Shown piece after piece: positions 8,616 through 13,184 of a stretch of 13,184 nt of DNA (positions within the stretch are counted from its first letter, which is position 1; each line of letters starts with the position of its first letter). The stretch lies in NCBI GenBank assembly GCA_029856525.1, contig JAHQXC010000033.1, positions 1 to 13,184 of the forward strand, given 5' to 3'. The translations under genes were made by a program, and so were the position numbers. A model generated the notes under the pieces. That model was not told where the DNA came from and did not search any database. It saw only the letters and a list, made by a program, of their open reading frames with translations. The stretch is from Candidatus Odinarchaeia archaeon. GTDB taxonomy: Archaea > Asgardarchaeota > Odinarchaeia > Odinarchaeales > Odinarchaeaceae.

Positions 8616-9902
8616 ATGAAAAGAACGAACACCCTCATAGTTGAGGATGCTCCAGCCCTCCGGACGCTTGCAGACAACTGTGCAAGGCTGTACAACGAGG
8701 TGAACTACGAGCGTAGACAGGCATACATTCGCTATAAAAGGTTTGAGTGGTATCCTAAACACCTCTATGAGAAGTACACTCCACTAGTAGGTTCGGCGAC
8801 AGCCCAGCAGATAATAAACAAGAACAACGAGGCGTGGAGGAGCTTCCTAGCATTAAAAAGGCTTGAAGGCAAAGGGAAGCTTCCACCTCACATAACAAAG
8901 GTTTCACTGCCAAGATACTGGAAGAGGAACGGAAAAAGAGAATTGAGAATAGTTGTCAGGAACGACTGCTACAAAGTTAACGGCAAACATTTATACCTCC
9001 CAAATGGGCTTAAGGTGAGAATTAAGGGTAGCTTGAAATGGTATGGTAAGCAGGGCAGACTGGAGATATTTTATAATGATGTGGATGAAGCGTGGATGGG
9101 CTTTATGACTGTTGAAGTCGAGAAGCCCCCCATTAGAGAAGGCGGCAAACCCCTCTACATAGACCTAGGCGTAGTGAATTTAGCAGCAGTGTGGTTTGAA
9201 GTGTTGAAACACCCCGTAGCCTTCTCAGGTAGAACGGTTCTAGCGGACTGGTGGTACTGGACTAGGCGCATAGCTAAAGAACAGAGCAGGCTGGCGAGGA
9301 TAAACAAAGCCAACGCATCAAGAAGGCTTAGGAGGCTGTACAGGATTAGGCAACGACGCTTCAGACACGCCGTAAACGCCATGATAAAAACCATAGTTGA
9401 AGACGCAGCTGCGTTTAACATATCAAAGATAGTTGTTGGAAACCTTAAGGGAATAAGAGACAATAACCATAACAACAAAGCAAACACCATGATAAACAAC
9501 TTCTGGAGCTTCAACTACATAATCCAAAGGATCAGGGAAAAAACTGAAGAGCATGGAATAAAAGTCGCCGAAGTAAGCGAGCACAAAACATCAAGTATAT
9601 GCCCTAGATGCAGGTCAGGCAAGGTAATCAAACGAGGCAGACTGTTCAAATGCATAGACTGCGGGGTTGAAGCCAACAGAGATTCTGTAGGCGTCCTGAA
9701 TATAGGGCTCGCTTGGGGAACCAAGCTCCCCGCGGGAGCCGTTAACGGGGCGATGGCACGCCCCTTACTTCTAAGGTGGGATGGAATGAAGTGGAAGCCT
9801 AAAAGGGCGGTGAACAACCAACCTATGAAAACCTTAGAAGCAAGAATCTCCCGGCTTCAGCCGTGGAAAATGTCAAAGGCGGATTTGTTTTATGTCTTCT
9901 AG
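8616..9902 (+). CDS. tnpB: RNA-guided endonuclease TnpB with rearranged RuvC-II
   Basis: RuvC-I IDLG (Asp codon 9162), RuvC-II IVVGNL (Gly in place of Glu, 9438), alternative Glu in VSEHKTS (9579), Zn finger CPRC...CIDC, RuvC-III NRDSVG (9681). ATG 8616 follows AGGTG and the tnpA stop, so it is preferred over TTG 8580. The ORF runs past the right end into host DNA. Confidence 0.95.
   Translation: MKRTNTLIVEDAPALRTLADNCARLYNEVNYERRQAYIRYKRFEWYPKHLYEKYTPLVGSATAQQIINKNNEAWRSFLALKRLEGKGKLPPHITKVSLPRYWKRNGKRELRIVVRNDCYKVNGKHLYLPNGLKVRIKGSLKWYGKQGRLEIFYNDVDEAWMGFMTVEVEKPPIREGGKPLYIDLGVVNLAAVWFEVLKHPVAFSGRTVLADWWYWTRRIAKEQSRLARINKANASRRLRRLYRIRQRRFRHAVNAMIKTIVEDAAAFNISKIVVGNLKGIRDNNHNNKANTMINNFWSFNYIIQRIREKTEEHGIKVAEVSEHKTSSICPRCRSGKVIKRGRLFKCIDCGVEANRDSVGVLNIGLAWGTKLPAGAVNGAMARPLLLRWDGMKWKPKRAVNNQPMKTLEARISRLQPWKMSKADLFYVF
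9711..9896 (+). ncRNA. Predicted TnpB omegaRNA (reRNA): scaffold ~9711/9747-9876 plus guide from 9877
   Basis: Dense stems within the tnpB 3' end (9711-9726, 9725-9739, 9747-9764, a 10-bp stem 9768-9777/9831-9840, and the RE hairpin) and a possible pseudoknot 9754-9758/9871-9875. The boundaries are inferred. Confidence 0.7.
9844..9876 (+). repeat. IS right end with guide GAAT, bulged hairpin and TCAA cleavage site
   Basis: GAAT(9844-9847)-C-TCC-CGGCT-TC-AGCCG-T-GGA-AAATG-TCAA(9873-9876), the same layout as the recalled IS608 right end. Confidence 0.9.
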
Positions 9903-10503
9903 AGACGAGGAGCATCATGAATCTTTAATAGATAGAATTAAAGAATACCTTTATATTTCAGGAGCGGATGAAATCGCCCGGCGATATTTTGTAATGAATT
10001 CTTTCGACGGCGTGTTAACAGCTCTCGGAATTATATTAGGGTCCTATTCTATAGGTGTAATAAATGTTTTATTCATTATAAGCGCGGTTTTAGGCGGTGC
10101 TACAGCCATGGCTATCTCAGGTGTCTCAGGGGCTTATATGACTGAGAAGGCTGAGAGAGAGTTAGAGTTTAAAAAGCTTAAAAAAGCTTTAATAAGAGAT
10201 TTGAAGGGTTCTATTCATGAAAAAGCGTTGAGATTCGCTACTTTTTATATAGCTTTAATCGACGGAGCCGCACCTTTCATAGCTTCAACTATAGTTTTAA
10301 GCCCTTTTCTACTCTCTTACTTAGGGTTTTTAACTCCTCTATTATCTTTAATTCTCTCAGTTATAATCGGCTTCATTTTCCTTTTCGCACTAGGCGTTTT
10401 TTTAGGGCGTATATCTAAAGTAAACGTTTTAATTTCAGGTTTAAAAATGATTCTAGCAGGCGTTTTAACCACTATAATACTGTTAGCGTTAAGCATACTT
10501 TAA
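9892..10503 (+). CDS. VIT1/CCC1-family (TIGR00267-like) metal transporter
   Basis: ARRYFVMNSFDGVLT (conserved DG), GATAMAISGVSGAYMTEKAE, five hydrophobic helices, LFALGVFLGRIS. Confidence 0.88.
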   Translation: MSSRDEEHHESLIDRIKEYLYISGADEIARRYFVMNSFDGVLTALGIILGSYSIGVINVLFIISAVLGGATAMAISGVSGAYMTEKAERELEFKKLKKALIRDLKGSIHEKALRFATFYIALIDGAAPFIASTIVLSPFLLSYLGFLTPLLSLILSVIIGFIFLFALGVFLGRISKVNVLISGLKMILAGVLTTIILLALSIL

Positions 10504-10726
10504 CATTCAAGCTTAAGCTCTAGGAGATCATATTCTCCTAACGGGAAAACGGTTCTAATCTTATATTTTAATCTTCGAATCTCCGCCTAATATTTAAAAG
10601 CCGCGAGCAGCTGGAGAAGATTCAATCATTTAACTTATAAGATAATAATGCTGAGAGTGATACTATCTTTCTTCTATAATTGTAATCGTCTTTAACTTTA
10701 TTACTTTTCTATTACAATATTATATT

Positions 10727-11935
10727 ATGGAATTGAATTCTCTTGAAGACAAGGATCTTTTAAAAAGAGCTAGAATGCATGTTTTTTCAACTGGATTAGG
10801 GGATGCCGCTTCAAGATTATGTCGTGAAAACACTGTTTACGGCTTGGCTAAAATTCACTTAGTCCAAGAGGAGTATGGTTTAGAACCATCCGCCACGTTT
10901 ATTTCGACACCTGATGAAACTGTAACCAGAAACCTTGATAGATGGATGAACGGTATAGGCTATGGCGGTAAGTTTAGCTGGGGAAATGGATCTGATAAAA
11001 TTATTTTCCTAGATTTCAAACCTAACTGTTGCGGTACCCTTGTAGGGGGAGTTGACGATTTACCTAAACCTAACTCTATTATTAAAAGCCTTTACGAACT
11101 GGAGTCGAAGGAGCATGTGATTGAAGGTTTACCTGTTAAATGGGATTTTAATGTTGGAAACCATTTTATAGATGTTTTTAGAACAACTCCCAGCGCAGGC
11201 TTAAGTCTCCCAGAGTATATTTTTATAATTCACTCTTCAGCCCCTGAGCTTAAAGGTGAAAACCCTATCGGTATGGGTTTATACTATAATAAAAGCTCTA
11301 CTCTACAGCGGATTATGAAAATCGTTAAAACCAGGTTCGGTGATGCGAAAATACTGTTAGACGAAGATGCTGAAGAATACTATAAATTCTATAAGTTTGC
11401 TGAACGCTTCTCAGAGGAGAAGAGAATTTTAGCGGCTAAAGAGATTTTCGGTGATTTTAAGTTTATCTCCAGTAAGACGCATCAAGGGTTATTGAATTTT
11501 AACGAGGCTGTTTTAGGCTGCCATTTTATAACCTCTAAAGGCGGTTCTCTATATCCTCTAGCTCTGCGACCGGATTTACCTGCTTATCTGGTAAAAGGTA
11601 GGAAGAGTTTCTCTAAGAATATGCTTGAAATCTTAGGCTTCTATAAGAGAGCTGAAGATTTAGGTGTCTTAAAGAGGCTTTTATCGTTTAACTGTCTACC
11701 TCACGGTGGCGGCTATAGTTTCCCGGATATGGTGGCTGTTAAAGACGTGATAACCATTCGCGATCAACGATATTTCGTGATGGAGCTTCAAAACGAGCTT
11801 GGTTTTAAAATATTCAATAACCCCGCTGAACTTCAATTCGTTTACAGGGGGAGGCAGGTGGTGGTAAACTCGGTTGAATTAGAGTTAATAGAATTGAAGG
11901 CTAAGCTTACACCGGAATACGTGTTAAAAATATAA
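10727..11935 (+). CDS. Divergent RtcB-superfamily protein (RNA ligase-like, function unknown)
   Basis: RtcB motifs in order: TPD63, NCCG(100-103), GN145H146F, IIH169S, TH252Q, PH326GGG, E368...Y373, C-terminal LTPEYVLK401I. Confidence 0.72.
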   Translation: MELNSLEDKDLLKRARMHVFSTGLGDAASRLCRENTVYGLAKIHLVQEEYGLEPSATFISTPDETVTRNLDRWMNGIGYGGKFSWGNGSDKIIFLDFKPNCCGTLVGGVDDLPKPNSIIKSLYELESKEHVIEGLPVKWDFNVGNHFIDVFRTTPSAGLSLPEYIFIIHSSAPELKGENPIGMGLYYNKSSTLQRIMKIVKTRFGDAKILLDEDAEEYYKFYKFAERFSEEKRILAAKEIFGDFKFISSKTHQGLLNFNEAVLGCHFITSKGGSLYPLALRPDLPAYLVKGRKSFSKNMLEILGFYKRAEDLGVLKRLLSFNCLPHGGGYSFPDMVAVKDVITIRDQRYFVMELQNELGFKIFNNPAELQFVYRGRQVVVNSVELELIELKAKLTPEYVLKI

Positions 11936-12001
11936 TTTTAACAGGAGTTGTGAATATCTTTATTACTTATAATGTATTTTAAAATATGAGAGGGTTGAAT
12001 A

Positions 12002-12379
12002 ATGGATGCTAAAACTAATATTATAAGCGATATAATGAGTATACCCGGAAGCTCTTTCAGGATTCAAATAGAGAAGAAACCCAGCTCCGCTTTAATCCGT
12101 ATATTAAGAGGGTTAACGATTACAAGAGAAGTGGAGATCGATATCGGCGAGTTAACTAAGAATCGTGTGGTTACTATTATTCAATCAGAATTATTTATGC
12201 CTATCTCCCCTTTTAAAATTATGAAAATAGTTGAAGAGCTTTTCAAAGATATTGAAGCTAAAGAGAAATCAACTCTACATCAGGATCGCATATCCGAGTC
12301 CTCTCAGCCATCTTCTTCACAGGAGACTGGTTTACAATCCACTCCTGTAAATGGTGTTGATGAAGGTAAAACGTGTTGA
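12002..12379 (+). CDS. Hypothetical protein with low-complexity S/Q-rich tail ending in Cys
   Basis: 125-aa ORF with GAGGG upstream. About 85 aa look globular, followed by SESSQPSSSQETGLQSTP...GKTC. Confidence 0.7.
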   Translation: MDAKTNIISDIMSIPGSSFRIQIEKKPSSALIRILRGLTITREVEIDIGELTKNRVVTIIQSELFMPISPFKIMKIVEELFKDIEAKEKSTLHQDRISESSQPSSSQETGLQSTPVNGVDEGKTC

Positions 12380-12440
12380 TAAAGATTAAATGAAATTTAA
12401 TAGAAAAAGTAGTTTAAAATTAGCGGTTTTATTTTATTAT

Positions 12441-13184
12441 TTACTTTTTAGATTTTATAAACTGCTCTATTTTATCGAATGCTTCATTCAACATTTCAGG
12501 CGGTGGTAGAAACACTGTTCTGAAGTGGCCTTCACCGGTTCTCGGGCAGAAACCTGAACCGAAGACTACAACTACACCTGTCTCTCTCATTAACTCCATT
12601 ACAAACTCCTTACTGTTAGCCCATTTGCCTTTAAGATCTATCTTCGGGAAAGCATAGAACGCTCCTTTCGGTGTAACACAACTGACACCTTCTATTTCAT
12701 TGCATCTTTTAACAGTTAAATCTCTTCTAACTCTGAGTTTACGGTTCATCTCTATAAGATGATCCTGCGGGCCTCTTAAAGCTGTGATAGCGGCTATCTG
12801 GAACGGGTGTGGTGCGCATAATCTGACTCTGCCTTCTTTTTCAATATTCTTTCTAAGTTCGGTTAGCTTATCCTCCGGGTCGTAGAAATACATGTAGCCT
12901 AGCCTCCAGCCGGGAGCCAGATAGATTTTAGAGAAGCCGTTGAATCCTATCACAGGAACGTCTTTAGCTATCGCAGCTGTACTGACAATCTGCTCGTCGA
13001 ATGTCATTCTATCATATATTTCATCGCTTAAAAGTAACAGGTCATGTTCACCGGCTATGTCGATTATTTGTTTTACAGTTTTTTCAGAGTATAATGCGCC
13101 TGTCGGATTATTCGGGTTTATTAACACGATCATCCTTGTTTTAGGTGTTATTTTTCTTCTTATATCATCGATGTCAGGCTGCCA
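12441..13184 (-). CDS. Class I/II PLP-dependent aminotransferase, alanine aminotransferase-like (5' part outside window)
   Basis: The frame is open to the window edge (WQPDIDDIRRKITPKTRM...). INPNNPTG, LSDEIYD, PLP lysine in GFSKIYLAPGWRLGY, GAFYAFP, GHFRTVFLPP; closely resembles Thermococcales AlaAT as recalled. Confidence 0.93.
   Translation of the reverse strand, partial: WQPDIDDIRRKITPKTRMIVLINPNNPTGALYSEKTVKQIIDIAGEHDLLLLSDEIYDRMTFDEQIVSTAAIAKDVPVIGFNGFSKIYLAPGWRLGYMYFYDPEDKLTELRKNIEKEGRVRLCAPHPFQIAAITALRGPQDHLIEMNRKLRVRRDLTVKRCNEIEGVSCVTPKGAFYAFPKIDLKGKWANSKEFVMELMRETGVVVVFGSGFCPRTGEGHFRTVFLPPPEMLNEAFDKIEQFIKSKK

Larger units (their letters stand above)
8138..9876 (+). mobile_element. 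Complete IS200/IS605-family (IS608-like) insertion sequence, 1739 bp, tnpA + tnpB
   Basis: Left end TTAC|CAAAAACT...AAAG+hairpin, right end GAAT+hairpin...TCAA|, both ORFs intact, no target-site duplication, visibly higher GC than the flanks. Confidence 0.93.

Noticed and set aside
9438-9440. Missing RuvC-II Glu read as a nuclease-dead TnpB (TldR-like repressor)
   Set aside because: A relocated Glu (codon 9579) and both Asp residues are present, and the element is intact with tnpA, which fits a rearranged active site better.
8577-9817. Three antisense ORFs within tnpB (61, 119 and 100 aa)
   Set aside because: Expected in a higher-GC element with fewer stop codons; no motifs.
1-13184. tRNA, rRNA or CRISPR arrays
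   Set aside because: No cloverleaf-like stretch or regularly spaced direct repeats were seen; the only repeat pair is the IS left and right ends.

Overview
AT-rich, gene-dense archaeal window. The archaeal call rests on GAGGTGA/AGGTG ribosome-binding sites, TATA boxes about 26 nt before apparently leaderless starts, TrmB, a TIGR00267-type VIT1 protein and a Pyrococcus-like alanine aminotransferase. An Asgard-type host is a guess from the IFT52-like gene and cannot be confirmed here. Housekeeping and transport genes: NDP-sugar pyrophosphorylase, trmI, a stand-alone B3/4 protein, pyrF, a DMT transporter, TrmB, VIT1/CCC1 and a 5'-truncated aminotransferase. A complete IS608-like IS200/IS605 element (8138-9876) is inserted after TTAC. 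It has an intact tnpA, a tnpB with a Fanzor-like rearranged RuvC site, and a predicted omegaRNA with a pseudoknot. The most unusual host genes are (i) a 402-aa highly divergent RtcB-fold protein that keeps the Cys/His metal ligands and the guanylylated His but lacks the canonical Asp ligand, HRKG and GSMG motifs, and (ii) an IFT52/GIFT-like domain fused to a long coiled coil. No tRNA, rRNA or CRISPR array was seen. All homology calls are from recalled motifs; no search was run.
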